This document shows, in pieces, positions 30,087-39,850 of a stretch of 64,000 nucleotides of DNA. Below the pieces are notes generated by a model. That model saw nothing but the letters and a program-made list of their open reading frames with translations. It had not been told where the DNA came from and made no database searches. Location: positions 10,079-74,078 of the forward strand of contig CAOVHW010000004.1 in the NCBI GenBank assembly GCA_948543815.1, given 5' to 3'. The DNA comes from an uncultured Eubacteriales bacterium. Lineage in GTDB: Bacteria > Bacillota > Clostridia > Lachnospirales > CAMVHY01. Made by a program: the position numbers and the translations under genes. Position 1 is the first letter of the stretch. Each line of letters begins with the position of its first letter.

Positions 30087-30206
30087 GTTCTTTTTTTTGT
30101 AAAAAAAAGAACCCAAAAGAACTTTAACAAAAAAATCTTTGTGTGCAGGCACACAAAGATTTTTTTGTTAAAGTTCTTTTGTTTACTTTTCTTTCAAGAA
30201 AAGTAA
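30087..30206 (+). repeat. Composite palindromic intergenic element, copy 2. It probably also acts as a bidirectional terminator for khpA and tRNA-Trp.
   Basis: D2 at 30087-30112 is GTTCTTTTTTTT-GT-AAAAAAAAGAAC. A perfect 32-bp inverted repeat pairs 30115-30146 with 30149-30180. A2 at 30183-30206 is TTACTTTTC/GAAAAGTAA. Confidence 0.8.
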
Positions 30207-30222
30207 AGGTTTTAAAAAAAAA

Positions 30223-30295
30223 CAGGAGCAGTAGGACTCGAACCCACGACATTCGGTTTTGGAGACCGACGTTCTACCAACTGAACTATGCTCCT
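30223..30295 (-). tRNA. trnW: tRNA-Trp (anticodon CCA)
   Basis: The reverse complement folds as a cloverleaf: acceptor AGGAGCA/TGCTCCT, D stem GTTC/GAAC, anticodon stem TCGGT/ACCGA with loop CTCCAAA, and T stem GTGGG/CCTAC with loop TTCGAGT. It is 73 nt and the 3' CCA is not encoded. Confidence 0.95.
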
Positions 30296-30398
30296 ACCGC
30301 AAATAATTATATATTTGGAATAAAAATAAGTCAAGAAATTTCTGATGAAAATTGCCCGACAATAATATATAATCAAGAAAAAATATTGGAGGGCAATT

Positions 30399-33300
30399 AT
30401 GAATATTTATGCCGTAGCAATTTTTTTAGCGGTTATGTTTCTACTAATTTATATTTGTGATACACGCAAAATTTTTCATGTGCTTTGTAATCCATATCTT
30501 GTAATAATTTTTTTCGGGATAATGACACGCATATTTTTTTTGCAAAAATATGGATATGATACGGACGTAAATTGTTTTATGTCGTGGTCAAAGAATTTAT
30601 ACAAACATGGTTTGCAAAATTTTTATTCGCTTAAAATTTTTAAAGATTATCCACCGGGTTATATGTATATTTTGTACGTTTTAGGTGCGCTTAAAGATTT
30701 TTTAAATCTTTCGCGTGAAGAATTTTTGTGTTTGATAAAAATTCCAGCCGTAATTGCTGATATAATTTCTGCTATTTTGATTTATAAATTTTCGTGCAAA
30801 AAATTAGGTTATAAATGGTCACTTTTGTTAAGTTTATCGTACGCGATAAATCCTGCAATTATTTTTGATTCAACAGTATGGGGACAAGTTGATTCGATTT
30901 ATACACTTTTTCTTTTGGCCGCAATTTATTTTGTAACCGAAAAAAAATATCTTTACGGTTTCATAACTTATACATTGGCAATTTTAGTTAAGCCGCAAGC
31001 ATTTATATTTGCGCCGATTTTTTTGTATGCGCTATATGAAATTTTTGTGGAGAACAAATCTTTTTATTTGCCGTTGCAATATGTATTGTGTTCGGCTTTA
31101 ATTTTTATTGCGCTTTTAGTTCCGTTTACGCAAAATTTTAATTTTATCCCGATTATTAATCAATACATAAAAACTTTTTCTGAGTACAAATATTTTGTAG
31201 TCAATGCATTTAATTCGTATATGTATCTAAATTTGAATTGGTTTGCTTTGAATGGAATTGCCGTGCAAATAGCGGAAGTTATTTTGTTGATATGTATAAC
31301 TTTATTTGCGTTTTGGTTTTTAGTAAAAAGTCAGTCGAGGTCAAAATATTTTTTTACGGCTGCGATATTGAACGTTTTGGTTTTCGTTTTTACATTTAAA
31401 ATGCACGAGCGCTATTTATATCCGGCAATAATATTTTTTCTGATGGCATTTATTTATCAGACTGATAAAAAATATTTGCTATTTTACGGTGGATTTTCAT
31501 TTACATTATTTATAAATTGTTTTATGGTTTATCATGAAAAAATGGCGAATGGGAACGTAAATGTTTTTTCGGAGGCAGCACAAATTTTTTCATTGGCAAA
31601 TGTTTTTTTGACATTACTTATGATTTATTTTGCAAAAAATATTTTTGCGAAAGGTAATGAAAAAATTTTAGATATTGAAAAGAAAACTTTACCGAATTTT
31701 AAAATACAGCCCGCGGAAAAAATTGAACCTTCGCAAAAACTTGCAGGCTTAACTAAAAAAGATTGGCTTATGGTTTTATTAATTACGTTTTCGTATTCAT
31801 TAATTGCATTTTTTTATTTGGGTAATACGAAATCACCGCAATCTTTTTTCCACGCAAATAAAAATGATTTTGTCATTGTAGATTTTAAATCTGTCAAAAA
31901 TATTGGTCGTATGCAAATTTTTAACGGAATTCGGCCTGATAAAAAAATTGAAGTATTTCGTTTTAATAAACATGTTTGGGAAAAATGTTCACAAATTGAT
32001 ATCGATGGCGTAAGTTCCGTTTTCAAATGGCATGAGAAAAATTTAAATACAAAAACTCGATTTCTAAAGCTAAAATTTTTGACAGATGATACTTATATTC
32101 AAGAGATTGCGTTTCGTGACAAACATGATAAAATTTTACCGTTGAGAGTGCTTTCTAAAAATTGTCGTCAACTTTTTGATGAACAATATCTTGTGCCAAA
32201 ACATTCGGATTATATGAATAGTATGTATTTTGATGAAGTTTATCATGCAAGAACGGGCTATGAATTTTTACATAAATTAAAAGTTTACGAGACAACGCAT
32301 CCGCCGCTTGGTAAAAATTTTATTGCGTTGGGAATAAAAATTTTTGGGATGACACCATTTGGCTGGAGGTTTTTTGGGACGCTTTTTGGAGTTTTGATGC
32401 TGCCAATATTTTATTTGCTGGCGAAAAAAATTTTTTCGTATACAACTTGGGCAACGTTTGCGACAATTTTATTTTCGCTTGAATTTATGCATTTTGAACA
32501 GACGCGAATTGCGACAGTAGATTCATATACAGTTTTTTTCATAATTTTGATGTATCTTGCGATGTATATTTATTACAGTACAAATTTTTTTGACACCAAA
32601 TTTTTTAAAACACTCATACCATTATTTTTTTGTGCAGTTTTTTCGGGATTAGCATGTGCGACAAAATGGCAAGGATTTTATGCATTAGCCGGACTTATTA
32701 TTATTTTTTTTGCTACTATTTTTTTTCGGTATAAAGAATATTTGTACGCCGTAAAATTTGGCGATGAAACAGTAAAAAATAAATTTGCGCCACTATTTTC
32801 TTCGACATTTAATTTTTGTATCATTTTTATATTTTTGATATTGATTCCAATTTATTTTTCAACTTATTTCTTGTATTTAAAAACAGAGGGCGTAAAAAAT
32901 TTTGCGGACGTAATTAAAAATCAAAATTTTATGTTTAACTATCATGCATATTTGAATGGGACACATTCTTTTGGTTCAAAGTGGTGGCAATGGATTTTAA
33001 ATTTACGCCCAATTTTATTTTACAGTCATTCCTATTCAGAAAATTTAAAAGCTGGAATTAGTTGTTTTGCTAATCCAATAATTTGTTACGGTGGTTTGAT
33101 TTCATTTTTTTATTGTTTGGCAAAATTATCACGTAAGTTTGACAAAATCGCTTTCTTTTTATTAATTGGATATTTAGCGCAAATTGTTCCATGGATTTTT
33201 ATTAAGCGTGTAACTTTTGAATATCATTATTTCCCATGTATACCTTTTTTAATTTTGATGTTAACTTATTTTGTTAAAGATTATGCTTATCCCAAATTTG

Positions 33301-33440
33301 GTAAGAAAATTTTGTTCGCTATTATCGCTGCTACCGCTATCTTGTTTTTTATGTTCTATCCTGTAATTTCTGGTATGCCTGTCTCAAAATTTTATGTTGA
33401 TTTATTCCTGAAATGGTTTGCCTCTTGGCAGTTATATTAA
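30399..33440 (+). CDS. 1013-aa polytopic GT-C glycosyltransferase. It has an N-terminal GT-C-like module, a central soluble beta-rich insert, and a C-terminal PMT/GT39-like module.
   Basis: GGAGGG RBS. The N-terminal half carries DYPPGYMYILY and many TM segments. The C-terminal half carries MYFDEVYHARTGYEF (DE at 32232-32237), HPPLGK and a long multi-TM tail, as in dolichyl/polyprenyl-phosphate-mannose protein mannosyltransferase-like enzymes. Confidence 0.7.
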   Translation: MNIYAVAIFLAVMFLLIYICDTRKIFHVLCNPYLVIIFFGIMTRIFFLQKYGYDTDVNCFMSWSKNLYKHGLQNFYSLKIFKDYPPGYMYILYVLGALKDFLNLSREEFLCLIKIPAVIADIISAILIYKFSCKKLGYKWSLLLSLSYAINPAIIFDSTVWGQVDSIYTLFLLAAIYFVTEKKYLYGFITYTLAILVKPQAFIFAPIFLYALYEIFVENKSFYLPLQYVLCSALIFIALLVPFTQNFNFIPIINQYIKTFSEYKYFVVNAFNSYMYLNLNWFALNGIAVQIAEVILLICITLFAFWFLVKSQSRSKYFFTAAILNVLVFVFTFKMHERYLYPAIIFFLMAFIYQTDKKYLLFYGGFSFTLFINCFMVYHEKMANGNVNVFSEAAQIFSLANVFLTLLMIYFAKNIFAKGNEKILDIEKKTLPNFKIQPAEKIEPSQKLAGLTKKDWLMVLLITFSYSLIAFFYLGNTKSPQSFFHANKNDFVIVDFKSVKNIGRMQIFNGIRPDKKIEVFRFNKHVWEKCSQIDIDGVSSVFKWHEKNLNTKTRFLKLKFLTDDTYIQEIAFRDKHDKILPLRVLSKNCRQLFDEQYLVPKHSDYMNSMYFDEVYHARTGYEFLHKLKVYETTHPPLGKNFIALGIKIFGMTPFGWRFFGTLFGVLMLPIFYLLAKKIFSYTTWATFATILFSLEFMHFEQTRIATVDSYTVFFIILMYLAMYIYYSTNFFDTKFFKTLIPLFFCAVFSGLACATKWQGFYALAGLIIIFFATIFFRYKEYLYAVKFGDETVKNKFAPLFSSTFNFCIIFIFLILIPIYFSTYFLYLKTEGVKNFADVIKNQNFMFNYHAYLNGTHSFGSKWWQWILNLRPILFYSHSYSENLKAGISCFANPIICYGGLISFFYCLAKLSRKFDKIAFFLLIGYLAQIVPWIFIKRVTFEYHYFPCIPFLILMLTYFVKDYAYPKFGKKILFAIIAATAILFFMFYPVISGMPVSKFYVDLFLKWFASWQLY

Positions 33441-33455
33441 TTATGGAGGTTTAAT

Positions 33456-33974
33456 ATGATTCTTTCTGGGCTTGAAATTAAAAAACATTTGGGTAATGAT
33501 ATTATTATTGAACCATTTAATGAAAACTCTCTCAATCCTAATAGTTATAATCTAAGATTGGCTGATGAATTATTGGTCTATGATGAGGAAATTTTAGATA
33601 TGCGTAATAAAAATAAGTTCCATAAAATTAAAATCCCTCATGATGGTTTAATTATTTATCCGGGAAAATTATATCTCGGGCAAACTATTGAATTTACTCA
33701 AACTAATAATTTTATTCCAATGCTTGAAGGACGTTCGTCAATTGGTCGTTTAGGTATGTTTGTTCATGTTACAGCAGGCTTTGGTGACGTTGGCTTTAAA
33801 GGTTTTTGGACGCTCGAAATCCATTGCATCCAACCGATAAAAATTTATGCGGGTATTGAAATTTGCCAAATCTATTATCATACAATTCAAGGTAATTACG
33901 AAAATTATTGCTCTGGGAAATATCAAAATAATTTGGGTGTGCAGCCAAGTTTCTTATATAAAGATTTTAATTAA
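33456..33974 (+). CDS. dcd: dCTP deaminase
   Basis: 172 aa: MILSGLEIKK...IEPF...NPNSYNLRL, GRSSIGRLG, and TLEI followed by P-I. Confidence 0.85.
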   Translation: MILSGLEIKKHLGNDIIIEPFNENSLNPNSYNLRLADELLVYDEEILDMRNKNKFHKIKIPHDGLIIYPGKLYLGQTIEFTQTNNFIPMLEGRSSIGRLGMFVHVTAGFGDVGFKGFWTLEIHCIQPIKIYAGIEICQIYYHTIQGNYENYCSGKYQNNLGVQPSFLYKDFN

Positions 33975-34000
33975 AAGCTTCGGAGATTATCCGAAGCTTT
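33974..34000 (+). terminator. Hairpin after dcd (weak T tail)
   Basis: aaagcttcgg (33974-33983) pairs with ccgaagcttt (33991-34000) around a 7-nt loop. Only 3 T are included at the 3' side. Confidence 0.4.
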
Positions 34001-34062
34001 ACAATTTGTTGAAAAAATATTATAATATATAAAAAGAGGTTTCGCAGTGAGGTGAAACTATT

Positions 34063-36033
34063 ATGGAAGATATGGAAGAAATTACTTTCGCAGGACAAAA
34101 ATATTATTTTACAGAGGAACTAGTAAAGTTGTGGCAAAAAAGGTTAGTTTTAGAAATTTTTAAGCAAAATGCTACTCCTGAAAAACAGAAATATTTGAAA
34201 TTTGAGTTTGAATATGGAGATACAAAATATACTAAGTGTATTAGTGGTTTAACTGATAATATGATTAATGAAATAATTAAAAATGACAGGAATTATGTTG
34301 AAAATTTTGTAAAAAAAAACTTAAATATAAGTCAACAAAAAATTATATTTTTACTTAATAATTTTGAATTTAGTTTTGTGATAGATGATAATTTAAAAAA
34401 TTATTTAACCAATCAATTAGTTAATTATTTTTTAAAACGATTTTTTCTAGAAACTGAAGAAGATTTTGAGTTCTTGAGTGAATTTATTCCGTCCATTTTA
34501 TTTTATGGATTAAATGAAAGATTGAGTAGATTAAGAGAATTAAAATGTTCAAAGGAAGAAGAAAATATTATTCAAAATGAAGTTGTTTTTTACATAAAAA
34601 AGTTAAACATCTTAGAACGATTTAGTGTTAATGAATTTAAATTTGCTCAATTAGAATTAGATTTACAGATAAAATTTTTAGCTTTAATGTCTATTTATAA
34701 AAAGCCTGAACAAATTAATTCAATAATTAATTTTTTTAATAGTGATTTATTCACAGAAGCTGAAAGAAATAATTTTATGAAAATAATTTTGAATAAATTT
34801 TTGGAAGAACGTGCAGATAAAGATTTTGGTTTAAAATCTAAAGTAGTAGGTCAAATTGGAATAAATCAAACAACAAATGAAGCTATGTTTGATGTTATTA
34901 AGGATAAATTATTTTTGTTTAAAACGAATAAAAGAAAGTTTAAATTTGAATTAAGCAATTTAAAAGAAAAATTTAGTAAAAATGAAAATTCAAATTTGAG
35001 TTTTGAAAATAAGGATTATCTTGAAAAAAATTCACCAATGCGTGAAGTATATATAAAATGTTCTCCAGTAGAAATGATAAATTTAGTATTATTTGTTTAT
35101 GAACACTCTCCAGATACTTTAAAAACAAGTAAGACTTATGAAAAGTTGAAAGAAAATGTTGAAAAAAATGATACTCTAACAATTGAGATTTTATCTAAAC
35201 AAATGGTTAATACATTTGAAAATTGTATGAATTTAAATCAAGACAAAGATATAGAAACGTTGAAAAAAATTATTTTTAGAAAAGAAAAGGAAATAGAAAA
35301 TTATATTTATGAAGAAGTTAATTTAAAAGATAGAGTAAAACATATAACGGCTTTAGATAAAGCAGTTATTATTATTAATAAAAAAATTGATTATGAATAT
35401 AAAATTGAATTAATGGCAAAAAATTTAACAGAAATTTTATTAAAAGGAACGGAATCGGAAAAAATTTTGCAACAAAAAGAACAAATTATTTTGGCAAATG
35501 CACGAGAAATTTTTTATGATGTTTATAATGTTAAAATGGGAGATGATGAAAGAAAAAAATATAGAAAAGCGCTTGCTAAAGCAATGGATTTGGCTGAAGC
35601 AAAAATTCATACTGAATATTTTATTAATGCTTTTCGAAAATATACAAGTAAAAGATGGTGGCAACGTGAGAAAACGATGGAAGAAAAATTAAAAATTGTT
35701 AATGATATTTATACGAATTCAGTTGAAGGAATGAGTGAAGTGCAAATTGAAGTGTTAACTCAAGCAAAAAGAATTGTAACAAATGAATTATTAAGTAAAG
35801 AATATGAACGATTAAATGAAGAAACAAATGAATTTGCAATGAATAATTCGCAAACATCAGAAGAAATTTTTGATTTGGGCGAAAAATTAAAGAAAGACAT
35901 AAATTCTAGTAGTCAACCTGAAAATGTAAAAAAGAGTTTGCTTGAAAAAGTAAATGATATCGGACGGAAAAAATTTGAAAATATTCCACTTCAACAAATT
36001 AATTCTGATTTTAAATTTTTCTCCAATCATTAA
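34063..36033 (+). CDS. Orphan 656-aa helical protein with no TM segment. Function unknown.
   Basis: Long ORF in A+T-rich DNA with GAGGTGA upstream. I recognise no motifs. Confidence 0.85.
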   Translation: MEDMEEITFAGQKYYFTEELVKLWQKRLVLEIFKQNATPEKQKYLKFEFEYGDTKYTKCISGLTDNMINEIIKNDRNYVENFVKKNLNISQQKIIFLLNNFEFSFVIDDNLKNYLTNQLVNYFLKRFFLETEEDFEFLSEFIPSILFYGLNERLSRLRELKCSKEEENIIQNEVVFYIKKLNILERFSVNEFKFAQLELDLQIKFLALMSIYKKPEQINSIINFFNSDLFTEAERNNFMKIILNKFLEERADKDFGLKSKVVGQIGINQTTNEAMFDVIKDKLFLFKTNKRKFKFELSNLKEKFSKNENSNLSFENKDYLEKNSPMREVYIKCSPVEMINLVLFVYEHSPDTLKTSKTYEKLKENVEKNDTLTIEILSKQMVNTFENCMNLNQDKDIETLKKIIFRKEKEIENYIYEEVNLKDRVKHITALDKAVIIINKKIDYEYKIELMAKNLTEILLKGTESEKILQQKEQIILANAREIFYDVYNVKMGDDERKKYRKALAKAMDLAEAKIHTEYFINAFRKYTSKRWWQREKTMEEKLKIVNDIYTNSVEGMSEVQIEVLTQAKRIVTNELLSKEYERLNEETNEFAMNNSQTSEEIFDLGEKLKKDINSSSQPENVKKSLLEKVNDIGRKKFENIPLQQINSDFKFFSNH

Positions 36034-36043
36034 TTAAATTTTG

Positions 36044-36079
36044 TTTACATAAGTTAAATGGCTTATGTAAATTTTTTTT
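36044..36079 (+). terminator. Rho-independent terminator after the 656-aa orphan
   Basis: tttacataag (36044-36053) pairs with cttatgtaaa (36062-36071) around an 8-nt loop. A T8 run follows at 36072-36079. Confidence 0.7.
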
Positions 36080-36080
36080 A

Positions 36081-36089
36081 TGCTATAAT
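36081..36089 (+). promoter_or_regulatory. Candidate extended -10 (TGcTATAAT) for the uppS operon
   Basis: tgctataat lies 27 nt upstream of the uppS TTG start. There is no good -35. Chance matches are common in DNA this A+T-rich. Confidence 0.35.
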
Positions 36090-36115
36090 TCAAAATTAAG
36101 AGGGAGGCAATTAGT

Positions 36116-36823
36116 TTGGAAAGTTTAAATGTTCCGCAACATATTGCTATTATTATGGATGGGAATGGGCGTTGGGCAAAAAATAAAAATTTAAGCGTGA
36201 AGTTTGGTCATAAAGCCGGTGCAGATGCTCTGGAAAAAATTTTGCGTACCGCACATAATTTTGGTGTAAAATATCTTAGCGTTTATGCGTTTTCAACAGA
36301 AAATTGGAAGCGTTCTGATAGTGAAGTAAAAGATTTGATGCAGCTTTTTAGTAATTATTTTGATGCGCTCACAAAAAATTGTGGCAAAAATGATGTAAAG
36401 GTAAAATGTATTGGAAATATTTTTGGGCTGTCGGAAGATTTACAAAAAAAAATTTCAAAAATTGAAGAAATGACAAAAGATAAAGATGGTATGACTTTTA
36501 TTATTGCTATAAATTATGGTGCGCATGATGAAATTTTGCGTGCCGTTAAAAATATTTGTAATCAAGTTTTGACAAGTAAACTTTTACCGTCACAATTAAC
36601 TGAGGATTTTTTTGCAAGTTTTCTTGATACGAAAAATATTCCTGATCCAGATTTATTAATTAGAACGGCTGGCGAAATGCGTTTGAGTAATTTTTTACTT
36701 TGGCAGCTTGCTTATTCAGAATTTTATTTTTCAGATAAATTTTGGCCCGATTTTAGTGAACAAGATTTTTTGGATGCAATTAAAAATTTTTCCGCACGTA
36801 AAAGACGTTTTGGCACTCGATAA
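36116..36823 (+). CDS. uppS: Undecaprenyl diphosphate synthase
   Basis: HIAIIMDGNGRWAK, AFSTENWKR and RTAGEMRLSNFLLWQLAYSEFYF. TTG start after GAGGGAGG. Confidence 0.95.
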   Translation: MESLNVPQHIAIIMDGNGRWAKNKNLSVKFGHKAGADALEKILRTAHNFGVKYLSVYAFSTENWKRSDSEVKDLMQLFSNYFDALTKNCGKNDVKVKCIGNIFGLSEDLQKKISKIEEMTKDKDGMTFIIAINYGAHDEILRAVKNICNQVLTSKLLPSQLTEDFFASFLDTKNIPDPDLLIRTAGEMRLSNFLLWQLAYSEFYFSDKFWPDFSEQDFLDAIKNFSARKRRFGTR

Positions 36824-36839
36824 ATGTAGGAGGTTTTCA

Positions 36840-37652
36840 ATGCTTAACAGAATTTTAACGGCGCTAGTTGGTTTGCCATTTATAATTTTTTTGATTCATA
36901 TTGGTAAATGGCCACTTCAATTAGCGGTTTTTATTTGTTCGATGATTGGCCTGAGTGAAATTTATCATGCTTTATCAAAGAAAAATTATGCGCTACATAT
37001 TTTGGGGTACTTACTTTCTGGCGCTTATATGTTAATTTTGAACGATTTTTCGTTTAATAAATTTGTCATTATTTTTAGCGCATTTATTATTTCATTAATG
37101 ATATCTCTCATTTTTAGCAATTCAGATATTATTGATTGCTTGATAACTTTTTTTGGATTTTGCTACGTAACATTTTTAATGTCGTTCATCATTCTTGTTC
37201 GTAGACAATTTTATGGTGAATTTTTTGTTTGGCTAATTTTTATTTCTGCATGGGGCTGCGATACTTTTGCATATTTCTTTGGACGTTTATTTGGCAAAAA
37301 TAAATTAAGTCCAAAATTAAGTCCGAAAAAAACTATTGAAGGAGCGGTTGGGGGAGTATTATGTGCAACAGCGCTCGGCTTTGCTTATTCATTTTTTTTT
37401 GCTCCAATATTTAACATTAATTATTGTGGATTAAATTTTTTTTGTGCTATAATTTGTTTTGTTGGTGCAATCTTTGCACAATTTGGTGATTTATCAGCTT
37501 CCGCTATCAAACGTTATGGCAATTTAAAAGATTACGGAAGTATTTTACCGGGACACGGTGGATTTTTAGACCGATTCGATAGCGTTTTATTTACTGCGCC
37601 TTTGGTTTATATGTTCATATATTTTATCCGAAAGTTTGGAGGTTTTTGTTGA
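36840..37652 (+). CDS. cdsA: Phosphatidate cytidylyltransferase
   Basis: C-terminal signature SAIKRYGNLKDYGSILPGHGGFLDRFDS. ATG at 36840 follows TAGGAGG. The ORF-track start at 36708 overlaps uppS. Confidence 0.9.
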   Translation: MLNRILTALVGLPFIIFLIHIGKWPLQLAVFICSMIGLSEIYHALSKKNYALHILGYLLSGAYMLILNDFSFNKFVIIFSAFIISLMISLIFSNSDIIDCLITFFGFCYVTFLMSFIILVRRQFYGEFFVWLIFISAWGCDTFAYFFGRLFGKNKLSPKLSPKKTIEGAVGGVLCATALGFAYSFFFAPIFNINYCGLNFFCAIICFVGAIFAQFGDLSASAIKRYGNLKDYGSILPGHGGFLDRFDSVLFTAPLVYMFIYFIRKFGGFC

Positions 37653-38782
37653 TGGAAATTTCAATTTTGGGTTCAACAGGTTCAATTGGCTCTCAAACTT
37701 TGGACGTTATAAGAAATTTAAACCAAAATGGCTATAAAATTAAAGTTAAAGCTTTATCTGCCAACAAAAATATTTCTCTTTTGCAAAAACAAATTGACGA
37801 ATTTAATCCTGAATTGGTTTGTGTTTGCGATGAAATTTTTGCTGATGAACTTCAAAAAAATTTGCCTGATATTGAAATTTTAAAAGGTCAGGATGGTTTG
37901 ATTCAAATAGCTCATGAAAAAGTGAGTATATTAGTTAATGCGATTGTTGGATTTAGCGGATTAAAGCCAACGCTCGAAGCAATTTATGCAAAAAATAATA
38001 TTGCTTTAGCGAATAAGGAATCGTTGGTTATAGCGGGGCAAATTGTAATGTCGGCAGCAAAGAAAAATAACGTTAAAATTATTCCGATTGATAGTGAGCA
38101 TTCAGCGATATTTCAAGCTCTACAGGGTAATAATGCAAATGAAATTGATAAGATTTATTTGACTGCCTCAGGCGGTCCTTTTCATAAATATGAAAATTTT
38201 GACAACGTAACGGTTTCACAGACAATTACCCATCCAACGTGGAATATGGGGCCAAAAATTTCTGTTGATTCGGCGACAATGATAAACAAAGGTTTTGAGA
38301 TTATCGAAGCGTTTTGGCTTTTTAATGTACCGTTGAAAAATATAAAAGTTTTGGTTCATCCACAAAGTTTAATTCATTCGATGGTACAATATAAAGATGG
38401 TTCGATTATTGCACAACTTGGACCATCGGATATGCGTTTGCCAATTCAATATGCTTTGACATTTCCATCACGTGTTGAAAATAATTTTGAGCGTTTAAAT
38501 TTTGAAAAATCAAATATTTTAACTTTTGATGTGCCAAATAAAAATTTGATTGGCATGGATTTATGTCGTGAAGCGCTCGAAATTGGTGGGACGATGCCGG
38601 CAGCTTTATGTATTGCAAATGATTTTGCTGTCGAAAGATTTTTACGCCATGAATATTCTTTTACCGATATTTATAAATTTATAAAGTATGTTATGCGTGA
38701 GCATCAGCCAATTTTTGATTATGGCTTAGAAGAAATTTTTGAGTTATATGATTGGATTCAAAATTTAAGTTATGAGGTGTAG
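37652..38782 (+). CDS. dxr: 1-deoxy-D-xylulose-5-phosphate reductoisomerase
   Basis: ILGSTGSIGSQTLDV, LANKESLV, IPIDSEHSAIFQ and HPTWNMGPKISVDSATMINKG. The ATG overlaps the cdsA stop (TGATG). Confidence 0.95.
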   Translation: MEISILGSTGSIGSQTLDVIRNLNQNGYKIKVKALSANKNISLLQKQIDEFNPELVCVCDEIFADELQKNLPDIEILKGQDGLIQIAHEKVSILVNAIVGFSGLKPTLEAIYAKNNIALANKESLVIAGQIVMSAAKKNNVKIIPIDSEHSAIFQALQGNNANEIDKIYLTASGGPFHKYENFDNVTVSQTITHPTWNMGPKISVDSATMINKGFEIIEAFWLFNVPLKNIKVLVHPQSLIHSMVQYKDGSIIAQLGPSDMRLPIQYALTFPSRVENNFERLNFEKSNILTFDVPNKNLIGMDLCREALEIGGTMPAALCIANDFAVERFLRHEYSFTDIYKFIKYVMREHQPIFDYGLEEIFELYDWIQNLSYEV

Positions 38783-38785
38783 GCT

Positions 38786-39841
38786 TTGTCAATTATTGTT
38801 TCTATTTTTATTTTTAGTGTGATTGTTATAATACATGAATTTGGGCATTTTATCGCCGCTAAAAAAAATAATGTAATGGTTGAAGAATTCGCAATTGGTA
38901 TGGGCCCCAAAATTTTTTCAGCTAAAAAAGGTGAAACAATTTATTCATTACGTCTATTTCCAATCGGTGGATTTTGTCAAATGCTTGGCGAAGATTCTGT
39001 AAATTCAAGTGAACGTTCGTTTGGCAATAAGTCCGTTTTGCAAAAAATAATTATTGTAAGTGCGGGTGCCGCCATGAATTTTTTACTCGCATTTATTATT
39101 TTTATATTACTTGTTGCATTTAGTGGCACTAGTACGCCACGTGTTAACAAAGTTTTTGATGGATATCCAGCTAAAAAAGTCGGTATTTTACCAGGAGATT
39201 ACATACGTTCTGTAAACGGTAACAAAATTAATATTGCACAAGATTTAAGCTTTTACATTTCTGATTCAGGTGCCAAAGAAATTGAATTAGGAATTAAACG
39301 CGACGGAAAATTTTTAAACTTTTTGATCACGCCCGTTAAAAGTGAAGATGGCCGATATATTTTAGGATTTGAGAAGGATATTGTTTCAGGTTTGTTCTCA
39401 AAAATTGATGGAGTACGTAAAATAAATTTGCTCGAAATATTTTTAAATGCATTTTTTATGATTTTATTTTATATCAAATTGACTTTTATCGGTTTGTTTA
39501 GGTTGCTATCATTTAAACTTTCAATAAGTGAAATGTCGGGGCCAATTGGCATTGTAAAAATTATTGGCGATACTTATAATTTATCGATAGCGGCAGGTTT
39601 TATTTACGCGCTTGAGTCGATTGCAAATTTTATGGCGATACTTAGTGCGAATATCGGAATATTTAATTTGTTGCCGATACCGGCATTAGATGGTGGTCGA
39701 TTATTTTTTTTGTTGATAGAAGCATTTAGACGTAAACCAATTAATGTTGAGAAAGAAGGCCTTGTACATCTCGTTGGTTTTATTATTTTAATGATTTTCG
39801 CTGTTATTATTGCGGTCAGTGATATTATAAAAATTATTTGA
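38786..39841 (+). CDS. rseP: Site-2 protease, RseP/RasP family (M50)
   Basis: HEFGHF near the N-terminus, a PDZ-like middle region, and a C-terminal NLLPIPALDGG. Confidence 0.9.
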   Translation: MSIIVSIFIFSVIVIIHEFGHFIAAKKNNVMVEEFAIGMGPKIFSAKKGETIYSLRLFPIGGFCQMLGEDSVNSSERSFGNKSVLQKIIIVSAGAAMNFLLAFIIFILLVAFSGTSTPRVNKVFDGYPAKKVGILPGDYIRSVNGNKINIAQDLSFYISDSGAKEIELGIKRDGKFLNFLITPVKSEDGRYILGFEKDIVSGLFSKIDGVRKINLLEIFLNAFFMILFYIKLTFIGLFRLLSFKLSISEMSGPIGIVKIIGDTYNLSIAAGFIYALESIANFMAILSANIGIFNLLPIPALDGGRLFFLLIEAFRRKPINVEKEGLVHLVGFIILMIFAVIIAVSDIIKII

Positions 39842-39850
39842 GGTGTCATT

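Noticed and set aside
30143-30460. ORF-track ORF of 105 aa
   Set aside because: It runs antisense across tRNA-Trp and the palindromic element. It has no RBS and is explained by the tRNA and by the start of the GT-C gene.
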